A stretch of 64,000 nucleotides of DNA, taken from positions 15,996,001-16,060,000 of the forward strand of contig NC_135251.1 of NCBI RefSeq assembly GCF_964204865.1. The letters run 5' to 3'. How positions within the stretch are numbered: position 1 is the stretch's first letter; every line of letters begins with the position of its first letter. The notes beneath the pieces were generated by a model, which was not told the DNA's origin, made no database searches, and saw only the letters and a program-made list of their open reading frames with translations. Shown here in pieces: positions 48,401 to 62,448 of the stretch. Source of the DNA: Styela clava. Its lineage: Eukaryota. Position numbers and translations under genes: made by a program.

Positions 48401-50762
48401 GCAAGCTATACAGAAGATGAAAATTTTACAAATGCTTGTCTACAAATATCAAAAAATCCAGCTTTGCTTAAAGAGTATGACTTACGTTTTACTTATGGTT
48501 CCCCCAAAAAGATCTACTGTTCAATAAAGTAAAGTTACGTGTTAAAATAGAATCGTTTTCGTGTAATTCGTGTAATATTGTATAATTATTTTCGAATTAT
48601 ATTGACACTGTATAACAAAGGGGAGGGCCTCGGTCATGTTTTCGTGACAATTATGAGTTAAAACACAAGATAACTTGAATTCATATACCGGCTTAACAGC
48701 ACAACCATTCTGGTGTATTTATGGCATATCTATAGGATTAGCTGTGCGTTTCATTATCTATGATATAAAAAAGGGCGAAAACAATTTTTATTAGTTATGT
48801 ATCCCAACTGAACTTATTTCATATAACAGAAAAATATCAGATATAAGAATTGCTCAAGCAAATGAAGTGCTCAGATCGGAATTTAAAGGTACAGATGAAA
48901 AGAGCAAGCAATCGGCAAAAAGGTTGGACCTGCTTGTTTTATTTTTTATTTAATGATTTCTTAATTTTTACTCAATGTTTAAAGTTAGGAAGAGATGAGT
49001 TGTATTTACAACGATTGGTATTGGGAAAGAAGAAAGTTTAATATTATTTAATCATTCAATAATAAAAAAAATTCAGAGAAATGGAGGAAATTGACGTTGC
49101 ATCTGGAAATTTCGGAGTTACAACTAGCAAAAAATCTGGGAAAAATAACAATCGTCCTTTGGATAAGAAAAAAGAGGTGATTACAAAATCATTATTCTAT
49201 ACTTTACTTCAAAATTAATATTGTATCTGAACTTTGATCACATATGTTTTGCAGTATTGTCCCCTGAATGCCTCCAATGCACAATATTGCTAACGAGGTT
49301 ACTCTCTTAATTTACTCATAAATTCACATTTCTGTGTATTGAGTATAAAACAAATCAGCATACTTAAATTGATTGAAATTCTCAAGTTGGTGTTTCTATT
49401 CTCTCTGATCTAGAAAGTGTGACATTGCAATGAGCTACTCCTAATTGCAAATCGATTTGTTCAAATGTTTACACGCATGTCATTATATAGTCATTCAGAA
49501 AATTGGCATTGTCTAACATATTCCAAAGAATTTTTTTTCATCATGCTTAATATATAAAAAGTTCTGTCATTTTTATATTTTATTATCAAAGTAGCAACAG
49601 AAGCCAATGAAGTAGTGATTATCAAATAACAAAAATTAGTTTTATGCTTTTTGCCATTTATATGAATTTTAATATGAAGGCTGACGTTGAAAAAGAAAAG
49701 GGAAACGACGCATACAAAAACAAACTCTTCGATAAAGCCCACAAGCATTACGACAAGGCTATTGAGTTGGATCCAATGAATGCGATGTTTCATTCAAACA
49801 AATCTGCAGTTTATATTGAAGAAAAGAAATTGGGACAAGCAAAATCAGCTTGTTTAACAGCAGTTAGATTGGCAACACAAAGCGAAAGACATGATAATCG
49901 CGATTTATCGAAGTAAGTTTAGTATTCTATGTAAACGGGCATTTTGAAATTTTGACACTGGTCGTTGATTACATTATTTGAGAGCATATTCTAAACACTG
50001 GGAAATGTCAAGTGCAATTCTGTAGAAGCTTCACGAAAAACTCGTAGTATCGGGGACGAAAAGTTAAAATGGAATATTCAGTTTGATTTATCATGTGCAG
50101 ATGCATTCTATACCTCTCCGCAGAATTTTATTAATGCTATTCACTTACTTCATTAATTAAAACCGCAATAGCTAACGTGCATTTAAGAATAAATCTATTT
50201 TCGCGCCATTAACATACAACTCTACAACAAAATTTCTGTACTCGCCCATATATTTCATTGAATTCTGATTTTAATTATCACAGTAAAATTTCGTAACCTT
50301 ATTCACTATCTTATGAAAATGTTCAATTTTTATAAACCATGTGTTATGTTTAGAGATCAGCTCTGTATGCTTATACTATTAGTTGCATTTTGTATGATTT
50401 GTTCTTATTTATCTATCCCTGCGTGCGTAATGTTCAGAAATTTATATAATCTATAATCTTTGAGTCACAAGGCAGCACGAACCAGCTAAATTAGTACGAT
50501 GCAATAAATCATAATAGTAAGTGGATATCCATCCCATTTGCATATCGTGATTGTTATATTCGTTTCTAGAATTCTTGCCAGACTTGCTCGGATTGAAGTA
50601 TTAGAAGGGAAACCGAATGGAGCAATCGAGACATACGATCGATCACTTCGACTTCATCATGACGATAAAGTGGCCCAACAAAGACAACAATGCATTGATG
50701 CTATTATGGCAATGCGCTTCATGCATTCGATGAGATTCGGCTCCGAATTTCCGTTTTACTGA
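42477..50762 (+). CDS. Chimeric STIP1/HOP-like protein: uncharacterised N-terminus + DP1 (STI1) + TPR2A, ~605 aa, 13 exons; one 1-nt frameshift in the assembly
   Basis: Phase-consistent GT-AG exons 42477-42493, 43151-43265, 43884-44068, 44413-44450, 45910-45969, 46863-46956, 47382-47744, 47871-48042, 48321-48474, 48830-48922, 49077-49176, 49680-49912, 50570-50762. EKEKGNDAYKNKLFDKAHKHYDKAIELDPMN...SKILARL...YDRSL matches HOP TPR2A; KLAEHPLTASY...KNPALLKEKISDIRI matches DP1; AATAAA at 50811. Confidence 0.75.
42695..42881. mobile_element. MITE, 9-bp TSD family (MULE-like), copy 1
   Basis: TSD gttacactt on both sides; ends ggttccgttaca / tgtacggtcacc. Confidence 0.85.
44472..45293. mobile_element. 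Non-autonomous DNA transposon with ~40-bp TIRs
   Basis: tcgtcacgctaataaccgaattgcgtaagtcattttt and its exact inverse; flanked by TA (or ATAT). Confidence 0.85.
46230..46413. mobile_element. MITE with 8-bp TSD
   Basis: TIR actcccRtagtatgtgaaccaagatggcggac; TSD gaaaaact. Confidence 0.8.
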
Positions 50763-52297
50763 TTCCGGAATGTAGCAAAATGTACAGTAGCTTCTAGAAC
50801 ATTTTACTGTAATAAAAGTTCTTCAACTATATTCCATTTGTTTCGTTAATATAAGCCACATTGATACATATACTTAATAGGGAGCAATCGATATTTGTAA
50901 ATTACTGAAGAATTTTTCTGTGTAACAAACACTGTTCTAAATTATGGGTTAATCGTATTTATTGTATTTTCTTTTAACTTACATGATTATTGACTTGTTA
51001 ATGTTATGGATTTTGTTTTAAATGCAACATCTTTATCATACAAATTCAGCTACCAGATAACGACACACATTAAACATATTAACTTTTTAAAATTGATTTT
51101 CACGAAATTTGTAATTTCAATTTTATAGAATTAATTAATTTTTGTTTGTCATCCGTAGTGTAATATAAGAGCAGATGAAAGTTCTTAGTCTTGATCTCCA
51201 TCAAACTCTATTTCTGTGGTCGCCTGATCCTTACACCGAAACCATAAATAATAATTCAGACTTGGCCAGCAAACTATTGGAATGTTGTTGCCAATTTGTT
51301 CGCCACGGCCATGCAGTATGTAATGGATATATATGTATATACTGTCTATATATATATACTGAATTTGTTTGCTCGAAATGACGAATTTCAAACCATTTTA
51401 ACATGTATTTTACTACTGAATGTGACTACAATAAATATATATAGATAAAAGACGAAATTTATGACAACAAAACGCGGACCAGGTTAATAGACCTATCGGG
51501 CCGGATTGGCTCCGCTGGCCATAGTTTCCCCATGTCTGTTATAGTGTTTTTATGAGATGCGCAAGTTGAGTAAACATACCAAATAGTATATTTTAAAGAT
51601 AGGACAAGAGGTCAGTTAATCAGGTCAGATGTATCAAGTTAAATATTTGAGATTGCGTAACGCAATGTATAAATGACGAATGAAATGCTGTGATAGATCG
51701 TCCTCATACAGATATGATGTCATATGGTGCAAATAGTACGATTGGGGCTGTCGCCAAAGTTTGCAGGTTCTGTGTTGCATGCAATGCATATTTAATATTT
51801 CGCCCATATTTGCTTCAGATGACATTTTCATCAAGTAGGGTTCATAGAACAACCTTGGCTTGTGTGTTCAGATTACTATCATGAATGTAAAGTCACTAAA
51901 AAATAATTATTAGTTGTGAATGGAACCTAACAAATTCCACACTATTTATATTTATTCTTAAACTACACGAGGGAAAAAATGTTACTGAAAATTCGAAAAC
52001 ACTTGATGATAAAACAAATTAAGGACGTTATGGCGGAAACACTTAATTATATAAATAGTTCAAGGGTTTTACTGTGTTACAATTTGGTCTGGCTATTATT
52101 AGAATTCCTAAATTGATACGCAACACATACCAACGTTGGGGTGAAATAGTTAATACATCGTAGTTTCAGTGTATAAATGCCACGTTTTGAGATTGTATTT
52201 TTGAGCCTGGTACGTAGATTTCTCAGTGCTTACGGATTTTTATGTGCTATATTCTTTAATATGTACCAGCTCTCGATATCATTTTTATCGGAGTGAA

Positions 52298-52465
52298 GTG
52301 TTTGACTGGGATACTCGGCAAGAAACTTTATTATTAGGAGGTTATTATTACGGATACCCATTTCCCAATATTGTTGGAGGATATTTGTCAAAATGATTTG
52401 GAGTTAAACTTGGTCGAGGAATCTCTATGTTTTTTCGGCCATTCTTGGAATATTAATCCCATTGA
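52298..52465 (+). pseudogene. Inverted pseudo-exon of an SLC17 paralog
   Basis: VFDWDTRQETLLLGGYYYGYPFPNIVGGYLSK*FGVKL aligns to SLC17 exon 3 (FNWDIGQESLLLGCYYYGYIISNVVGGYLAKRFGIKL). Confidence 0.8.
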
Positions 52466-52725
52466 TTGATTGATACTCCTTTTTCCTGATGCAGGAATAA
52501 TAGCGGACCAACCCGGGCGGAAAGTCGTGTTTATACAATTGGAACACATAAACCTTCGTAAATATATGATTATTATATTTATTGTCTACTGTTTCGAAAG
52601 ATCAATATACTTAGAAAATATCGTATGGATTTAAATTATATTAATATCTGAGTATAAATACACCTATACACTGGTTGGGGTGTCGATCGTCCCTGGCGTC
52701 GGATCTGAAGCCAAACGCGTAGGAT

Positions 52726-55700
52726 TCAAAGTTTATCGTTCTGAACATCGGGAAGTTCCTTTTTATTGAAAGTGGTTATGTTTTCTGATCGTTCATAAAC
52801 TGTAAAACGATACAATAATATTTATTATCTTTTAACAGTTAAAAAACGTTAAAATAGCCAATATGTTTTGATGCTTAGATCATTATGCTGTAACAAAATC
52901 AGTAACTGTTATAACTAGCGTTCTATTAGTATATTGTCATGTTAAAAATAGCAAATAAAAACTTTTCATATCACCTTTGCTAGACGACGCCGTGTCGGAA
53001 ATTGAAGTATCATTAACATCAGGCGGAATGGCCCAAGATTGTACTTCTCCAGAGCCAAATATAGCAAAAAATATGAATCCGACAGTAGCAACTAATGCCG
53101 ACATCCAAAATACATACTGCCATTGCTGAATGGTTTGCTTGGATAAAATGTGTAAAAATGTTTTACCGTCAAATTTTTCAAAATACATGGTTTGAAATGA
53201 TTTCCATGGGAACGAATAAACAAAGCGTACATTTTCAGGTTTGATTTTAAAGTATGCCGCCACAACAACTAATTGTGGCAAAATAAACTTACCCCGTTCA
53301 GAAGAATAAGTCCGGCCATTTGAGGCGCAAGAAATCCGGGAAAGTTTCCAATGGCATTAATGACTCCGCAAGTAATCCCACTATATCTTGGTGCTAAATC
53401 TATGATATTTGCTTCATGACTTGTCACTATGATATACAAAACAGTAAACAAATATTCTTAAGAAGTGAGATAACTATATTATTTTATTATATAGTAGGTC
53501 GGGGTAAATCGGACACCCGGGGTATGATGGACAGTCAAAATAAAATCCTCCTAATAGCGACACCTCGCGCTTTTTCGTCGCTCAAAACGCATCGCGTGAA
53601 AGAGCGACATCATGCGAATAACGACAGAACCAAGATTTTACATTTCAGGCTCGACAACTTACAAGGCGGTGCTTTTTGGGGAAAGGGTGTTTTTGTTGGG
53701 ACAAAAAAAACATCAAATTATAGAGTCCCATGGTGGCGAAGAATAATTTTAGCCGGAAAATTCTACGAACTCGGTTCTATTTTGTTTATTTGTTGAAAGT
53801 AGTTGCATTAGACAGAATAAATTCTTTAGCAGACTGCCAGTACTCATTTTTGGGTTGGCAGGGTCACTTAAGAAGCAGGGTCGATTTTGAAGGGGGAAGG
53901 GGGAGGATTTTTTTTAATATAGTTTGTTGGGAATGTGAATGGGGCGTCGTCATCGAAACTTATAAATAATTATTTTTTGGTACTAAGTACTCTTTTACAA
54001 CAAAGATCAAAAGCACACTTATCGCCATATTTATACTGGGTCTCTTAGAAGTTAGGCCCGGCGTAAAATTTCATCTTACCCCGACTAATTTTTTTTTCCA
54101 TATGCGTATAAAATACGCCCAAGGTTATGCCAAGAAATTACAAAATAAATACTTCTAGAGGTAGTCCGTGTAAAGAAGGTATAAAAATTGCAGTTGAAAA
54201 AGTGCAAACTAAATTTTAAATTTCTAGTTTTCCTAAAACTGTTCAAACTTTTTTGAAAATTGCCTTGTTATGTCGTTTATGGGGTAAGACGGACATACTT
54301 TTTAATATGCAAGAAAAGTGATCTGTTTAAAAGAGACAGAATCCTGGGTCATCTAGGCGTTGACCGAAGTCTTATGACCGAAATCTTAGACACCATCAAG
54401 TTTATTTTGGTGTGTGTCCGTCTTGCCCACAAAGTGTCTAACTTACCCCGATATGTTTTTAGCTGAAAATCGGGCGTAAATTCCGATTCGTTGCTATGGC
54501 AACAATGTGCAAATGTGGCAAGATAGCTGGAGGGTGGGTGCATAAATCAAACGTAGAACGAATGCAGCTGCGACATTATTTGAAGAGTTATTCAAAATAA
54601 CTTATTAGTGGGTCCGACTTCCCCCGACCTACTATATATACATACCATTAAATGCAAGAAAGGCTACCGAAATGCTGAAAAAACTCACTGCTGCCGCAAC
54701 ATTGCAACCACTGTAGCCGGCTAGTACAATGAATATACTCGGAATAATCAGAGACAAAAACGAATTCACTTTTCTCACTGTAACTGTTTTTGCGATACGT
54801 CGTTGACGGATGATATCACAAAAATATCCAGCTGCCAGCAATGTGAAGAATTGCAACAAATAAGGAAGGGCAGAAAGTGCTCCACTCTGCAATGCATGTT
54901 AGAATGTAGGTATAATCCAGCTTTAATTGATACAAATTTGCATGATTTGCCAAACTCACAGCAGCAAGATTAAATCGAAGTATTGAAGACATGTACGTTG
55001 GTAGTAGAGACAAGTACGTGTGCGATGCCCAATTACAAGCAAAAAATCCTACAGTTGTGGCCCAAAGTGGAATTGACGTAAATAATGCTTTCCATGGAGT
55101 TGGTTGGTCACTTTTCTAAAATTAGAATAAGATATTGAGACATATGAAAAATATGACAAATTTATTTCTTCGCACCTCTTGAGATATCCCCGTTGTCTTT
55201 TCAATATACGATTTTTCTTCTTCTGAAATTCTTGGATGATCAGATGGTGAATCATGAACGACAGCAATCCACAGCATTGAGCATGGTAAAGCGATACCGC
55301 CTGTAATAAAATGTTTGCTTAAATCTTATTTTGTAAAAGTTTATAATTTTCTCGGGACTCAACGCCAGTTTTCATTGACATGTTGCTATGGTAATTAATA
55401 CAAAATATCGCAACGTCACGTAACACTTGTCTGTCGTATTTTTCAGCACACTGGGTGCTCGGTCTTACCATTGCGATTTACATGTGGTAAGAGATATAGA
55501 TAAGATTCAGTTGTCAAAGGTGATAAAATTTGAGGAGATCATTATAATAAAATACACATCAGGTAATACCAATATGAAAAAGAAACAGTCTCGTGGCCAA
55601 TTTCGCCTAATATTGGCATCAAATCGAAAAAATTTGTAGCTTCCTCACTTTGCGGATGAAAATTTCAAGTCGGCTTTTTCTTAACTAAAATGCTGACTAT

Positions 55701-58700
55701 TTTGATCATTTGAATTACTATCTGTCAGAAAAATGTCTCATTGAGAGAAATTCGGCGTCACAGGCACAATAATTGATTATCGTTTGAAATAGAATACTTT
55801 AATTCAAAGTCATGGTGTTCGACAGCATAGTCAATTCACTTCATATAAAGACTGAAATGCGGCGTATCTAAGTGACTTCAATTTAAGCACCAATCAGAAC
55901 GTCCCACAAGGTAAATTTGTCGTCGCATAGAGTCATAGACCAGTGGTTTTCAATCTTTTTGGTGAAGCGGAACACCAATACAACAATCCAGATTCTCGAG
56001 AAACCCTATGAGCCATAGTTTATTTGTCTTTTATTGTTTAAGTTTATTAACTACTGTAAATAGACATTTATATCTAGGCAAAACTAAATGATCTTTAGAA
56101 TGTAGCGAGTTTAATATTAGTGGCAAACCTAATAGATTTTGATTATATTCAATAATATACATATATATATATTAATATAGATTCTCGGATTTGGATGTTA
56201 CCTTGCGGAACCTATGTACTGTACTGGCAGAACCCTGGGGTGTCGCAGAACTCCGGTTATAAAACATTGGCATAGGCAATAAAAGAGCAAGTTTTGTTAG
56301 TAAGATGAAAATCTGATTTAACTCTCTTTGTGGTGGTCATTTCATCAAAAGTATCAGTACAAGGAAGACAGGATGAAATTTAAGCTAAGAAATACCTGTT
56401 ATATAAAATACTGCTTCCCATCCTAGTTGATCTGCTATTATTCCGGCTACAGGGAGTGTGACTAGTGTTCCGATACAATTTCCACAAGAAGCTATTGCAA
56501 CAGCTTTTGTTAGTTCCAGCGGTGGAATCCATTTTCCAATAGCAGCATGAACTGATGGAGCGAGTGGTCCCTTTATTGTTAAGATTAGAACAAGTTTGCA
56601 ACCTATTAGTGGACATAATAAAGTTTAAAGAATGAAAATGTCGGAAAATGCCAAATGATTAGTTTTACCCGTTCGACGTGTGAAATATTCAAATTTTGGA
56701 CTAAAAATTGAAACATCATATTCTATCTTCTATTCGAAATGAAATAGTTAATTGTGATATGTAAAGAGAATGAACTCTCATATTTTTATATTATAAAATA
56801 GAAGTCAGCTTTTTTGGTTGGAGTTTTTTAAGGTATTGCGCTGGTTATATCATGATATTGTCTTTTTCTTGAAACGAGTTAGGCTCTCATTTACAGTAAT
56901 ATTCAAATTCGTAGCAGAAATAACAACCAACCTGTAGCACTCCAAGTAGTATTCTCGCAGCCACAAACAGTCCAAAACTGGATTTAGCAATCGGAGGACT
57001 TAATATTGTGACAATAGAAGACAAAAGCATCGAGATTCCAAGAACAAGTTTTATTCCAAATCTTTTTGCCAAATACCCTCCGACAACATTCGAAATTATA
57101 TATCCGTAATAATAGCATCCTAAAAGCAAACTTTCTTGTCCAATATCCCAGTTGAAAGACCCATTCTGAAAATCATTTAGCCATAACATTTTGATAATAC
57201 GAAAGATAATATATAATAAATATACACAAAAATATGTTTGTAAAAAATGAAACGTGGTCTCTCTTTGTTTATTAACCTCAAAATGCCGCATTTGAACGGC
57301 AAAACACAAACCTCTAACTGTCAATTTCAAGTCAGGGCTGATAAGTTATCGGCGTATTCATTTATTTTTCTAATGAATTTTAATAGTACTACTAGTTTGA
57401 ATATTAGGTATTAGGCGGATTACCGCCATACGGTTAATAATATAACGATATGAAATAGATTTGACAATAAAAGATTATTTTGTATGCAAACACTAAACCA
57501 TTCCGAGATTTTCGATTTCAAATTCAGTCACAAAATCCAACTCTATTTACTGAAACTTGAAATGACCGCACATTGTAACAATAGGAATTTGGTTAGTTAT
57601 ATTTCACATATGGCTATATGCCTCGAATCTTTAGAGTATTGGGACACAAATAAAATTCGGAAAAAGGGTATTTCAAATTTCTGTCAAAAGATTGTCACAG
57701 TCACTAAATACAGTTGAAATGATGTTTGGCTATCATCGTACTACATGTATGCAAAAGAGTTTTTGACAAACATTTGTTAAAAGTATGCGCATAGCATTGT
57801 ACGCAGCTCAATTTGTGTTAAACAAATTTTGTCTTTTTGTTAACTTTGTAATATATTATAAGCAAAGTACCTCCCCATTTTCATCTATTTCTGAACTTCC
57901 ATGGTCAGGACAAACATCAGATGTGTTAGCTGAGGTATCTTCATCAGTTTGATTCACCATGGCAACAATAGCAACACTGAGATTGGTTCTCATCGAAAAT
58001 AAGTTGAACTTTGCAATAAATGACATCAACACGATTATATGTCTTGCTTTGATATAGCAGCCATTCGATGTTTTTTCAGACTTAGAAAAAAATTGACGTA
58101 AATTAATTTAACAAAGGGACCGCATTTTGCAATTGAAGGCAAAGGTTAACGTTAAAATTATATACACTACAAAATGTAATTGCACGTGACTCTAACCTAA
58201 TTTCAACATTTCTTTGAATATAAAATGCTTGTATTTAGTAAAGATGCACAATAGCTAGGGTTACCATATTTTTGATTTTGTAACTTTACATTTTCCGATT
58301 TTACTACAACGGCCTACATTTAAATCAATCCCGGCTGACTTCATTGACCACATTGTCATCGATAGTTTATGCGCATATTCTCTGTCTAAATATCGGGTTC
58401 AGTTCGAAATATAGAAAGGAATTAACGTTACAAATAATTCGAATTTAGATTTTTTATGTACAACAAAAGGAAGAAAGAATAATAAAATAGTCGGCGGCTT
58501 TCAAGCACTGAGAATTTACTTCTTCGCCTAATGATACTTTTCTGTAGATAACACCTTCTTCAAAAAGACGTTGTTCATTATTACTTTCACGTAAAAGTCA
58601 GAGCAGGGCCAATTAGTATTGATTTTACATGTGATAGGTTCGCTAACAATGAAACAAACAAAATAACGCATTCACCTCCAGTAAGTAGGCAAGCGTTGCA

Positions 58701-59754
58701 CTGCAAAGCAACAGCAGTAACGAGCACATGTTAATTGATAATGTTCGTATTAATGTATTATGCTGGATGGCTGAACGCCAAAGCGGGACTTTTCTGACTT
58801 GTCGGGACGGCGGGACAAGACGCTAAAAAGCGGGACGTATGGTAAGCCTAACAATAGCAAAAGTATAACAAACAACCTATATAAAATCGTGTTTAAAAGC
58901 GAACAGTTCTTGATAGTACTTGTTCAAATTTGTTTGAAACAAGTGTATCGTGTAAAAACATTGATAAAGTATTGTATATATATAGCATAAATAAACCAAA
59001 TGTACCCCATTTCATGTTGAAATTATCAAAACAAATTTAATTCAAACAAAGACTTTCGTGGGAATCAAATCACACCCCTTTTAGGAACATAACAAGTTTC
59101 GTCCAGCCAATATCAAATTGGGTTTTATTTTATCACGATATTTAAACACTAATTTAAATAATTATATGTAAGTTCCCATCCGTACGATGTTCATAGTTAC
59201 CCGTATTGAGATAATAGGAGTTTCTGTTTATAACGTGAATCACGAGCTCACGTTTACAGTATTTAATTAGATTTATGATCAACGTATAAATACTACTTGA
59301 TATCTTTCAATGTTGGGCTAGTCTGGATAAATGTTTTAGGACCGTATTCTGTGAATTGTGGAAATCTACGAATAAAATAAAATAGATATTTTCTAACGTA
59401 TCTTCATTTAACGTGGGCGTTGACGACTGCCAGTGTCTATCATCAGGTTGACAAACTTGAGACAAAACTATTGTCAGTCAAAATTTGTGTCAGACGCAAC
59501 TAATCGAACCAGTCAACAAACAACTTCTGTATAGTGGTAAATAATCACTATATTTGGTGAAATCACTATATATATTCATATATGGCATTTTGAAAATTAT
59601 ATAAAATGACATTACTCATATATAACGATACACAACTGTAGTAGATAAATTTGCTTGAATTTCATATTCTTACCTCCTCGTTTTCGTGTGAGATATTTTC
59701 AACTCCATCCCACTCCTTTGTATTGTTTCTCCTTGCTCGTGTATTTGTAGACAT
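52726..59754 (-). CDS. SLC17 family (sialin/VGLUT-like) MFS anion transporter, 10 exons, ~530 aa
   Basis: Phase-consistent exons 59754-59674, 58080-57871, 57165-56932, 56570-56396, 55300-55176, 55115-54960, 54886-54646, 53426-53293, 53137-52975, 52799-52726; motifs RTNLSVAIVAM, YYYGY, KWIPPLE, HPRISEEEK, LPTYM, DLAPRYSG, GSGEVQSWA. Confidence 0.92.
53492..54634. mobile_element. TA-flanked non-autonomous DNA element (Tc1/mariner-pogo-like) in an SLC17 intron
   Basis: TIRs tagtaggtcggggtaaatcggac / gtccgacttcccccgacctacta. Confidence 0.75.
55941..56269. mobile_element. Old hAT-type MITE
   Basis: cagtggttttcaa ... ttataaaacattg, degenerate TSD tcatagac/gcataggc. Confidence 0.55.
58256..58850. 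mobile_element. hAT-type MITE
   Basis: TIR tagggttaccata / tatggtaagccta; perfect 8-bp TSD acaatagc. Confidence 0.85.
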
Positions 59755-60806
59755 GTTCTATTTAGTCATATTCAAATATTTGCCGAATAAATAAGGATGT
59801 GTTCCAAAGTACAAAGCAGTCGTAATGCTGTTGTATCCCGAGGAAATGGATTTTCCGTTTTTTTATTCGATCTGTTTTAATGTCAGATTTGTTCTCCCGT
59901 AGCCGTGTAAACAAGTAAACTAAACAGTCAGGTTTCTTTTCCCAAAGAGAGTGTCATTTATAGTTGTCAATTGTCTATATAGCAAGTGGTCAACGTATCC
60001 TGGGATTGGGACGAACGTTGCTTTAAATTGTGAAAAAAGACTGCGCAATAGCCTTCGAACTTTATAGGCGAAGGTTAGTTTTCTACAGGGTTCAATTCAC
60101 CCAAACGCTTGTTTATCGCAGGCTTTTTTTTACAAATTTCGAGTAATACGAGTCCATCAATCAAAAAGTAGGGCAGACATGAAAACCATGGATAGATTTT
60201 TCTACCAAACGCTAAAGTATCCAAGCTATTTAACCAATTATTTGAGCGAAATGGAAACAAAGATTCCAAATGCCCCAAGAATTGATATGAATGCTTGATA
60301 AATACAGAAGTTACTATTTCTTGATTACAAATATGTGACTTTTCTCACGATATTCCATGATATGCACTGCAGATTGAATAATAAACTCACAGACGCAAAC
60401 ATGAACGATAACTAGCGTTGGGATGAAATACGAATAGTAGGCCGTTGTGATAAAGTTTTATCGGAACAACAAAATTACAACCTTAAAACGGTGAAGAAAA
60501 ATTGGTACTATGTTTGCATCCATAACGCAATGATAACCCTACAATACTCAAACAATGAAATGCAATAATTATATAAATACGTATTTGAAATAATGCCATG
60601 CTTTCAAATAAATAAATAGTTTCAGACATTTTTATCATAACGTTGATCGCAGGAAACACTGACGAGGCCCTGTTGAAACTAGATGACCTAATTTTAGATG
60701 CATGATTAATCAACCATTGAACTTGTGCAAAGCAAGCTAACCATTTCAAAAGCCAGCGGACTCATCGCCATGTCTTCTGCAACTATCTCAATCACTGCCC
60801 GCCACC

Positions 60807-61009
60807 GGTGACCGTACATTTGAACCCACGTACATTTGAACCCATGTGTATATCCACGGGTTCAATCTATATGCGAGTGCTAAAACCCATGGGTTAGGGT
60901 TAGTATGGGTTCAACTATCCGAAAAACAAATAAAAATCCATAGGTGCAAATTCATACGGGTGCAATTGTCATGGGTTCAAATATACGTCGGTTCAAATGT
61001 AATGGAACC
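60807..61009. mobile_element. MITE, 9-bp TSD family, copy 2
   Basis: TSD cccgccacc. Confidence 0.85.
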
Positions 61010-62149
61010 CCCGCCACCAATTATCATATCGTTGGCTACCGCTACAATAATATTATGATTTCTTTGGCTGGCATTGAATTCACTAGTTCTGCTTCAGTTT
61101 ATATTTCTAACAATGATTACTTGTATTCTAGTGCTCCTTTTTGTTGCGAAAACATATTCTCTTTCCGCTACCTGATCTTGTAAGTTTTCAAAGTACATAT
61201 TCACATATGAAGTTTATAGACTTTTCTGCATGATGATAATTGAACAAGTCAAAATGTGTCAAGTTGGTTAATCAATAACAACATAGTGAGAGAACTTCTA
61301 GTATTCTGACGCAGCAAATCTGAATCATAAGGCCAACAACTCTCTCATTTTCGTGGCCAAAAGATCGATGTACGTTCAAGCCAAGCTGAATGAAAAATAT
61401 CCTGTATCACGAGGTCGGGCCGTTTCAAAACTCTGTTTCGAAGCACTTATAAGTCGAAACGGTGCTGTCTAAACTTTCGAAAACTATCAAAGATGTTTGG
61501 CTACGCTAAGAAATCGTAACGCTCACCTTCTTGACCAGCTATCAAAGAGGCTTCTTTGCCAATGCGCGGAGCTGCTGACTAATCACGTCTGGATTCGCCC
61601 TTATTTCATCTTCACAACAGTCTGTGGTATCATATAAAGGAGCAAATTAGACTGTACGTTGTTACTAAACTTACATGGTGGAGTGATAATGAAATGTGTA
61701 CTTCAAGTTTGTCACAGCTTGCCCTAACTCCTTGTGTAAAAGTTCTCTCGAATGCAGACCATACTGCTCTAGAATTGAGGTCTGATTTAAACAGGCAAGC
61801 ATGTAGAAACCTGTGTTTTGGAATGGTAATACTGGTCTATGGCCGCATGATATTCAATTACGTTAAAAACGGTGCTCTTCCCATCACGTTTTCTAATTGT
61901 TCACAATACGCCACGTTTCAAGCTTTTTTGTTTGGGCATCACCACCAATCGATAGTCGTTTGGAGTTCTGTTCGTTCATTGACTGTAAGACAATATATTA
62001 CTGTATCTGTCGTGTAAGCAATCAAGAGCCTCAAAAGTTAGTAGATACGATGAATTTTATTTTGCAATTGGCTGACAGTCAATGGAGAGACTTCGGAGCT
62101 GTTTGCAATCACTAGTTTATTATTTCACCATACTGAGAATAGTCACAAG

Positions 62150-62448
62150 CAATGTTCCCTCTAATTTCTTGTAGTATGTGTGCGCAGAACTTTTGGTATG
62201 TGCGCACTTTTTTGGGAATGGCTAATATTTGTGCAAAAACCAATGTAGAAATTTTGGCGTTCTAACAGGGTAATGGGTGGGCCAACAACAACACTTTCTC
62301 AACCTGCCAACCGAGAAAATTGTTACATTACATCGAAATACGTCTGTGCGCAGTAAATCTATGCGTGTGCGCAGCCTCTGAAAGCTGTGTGCGCAGCCTC
62401 TGAAAGCTGTGTGCGCGCGCACACGCGCACACCTTAGAGGGAACACTG
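62150..62448. mobile_element. hAT-type MITE nested in a retroelement 3' end
   Basis: TIR caRtgttccctctaa; perfect TSD gtcacaag; internal 21-bp tandem repeat. Confidence 0.88.

Noticed and set aside
60890-60905. Interstitial telomere (TTAGGG)n
   Set aside because: Only two units, inside a MITE.
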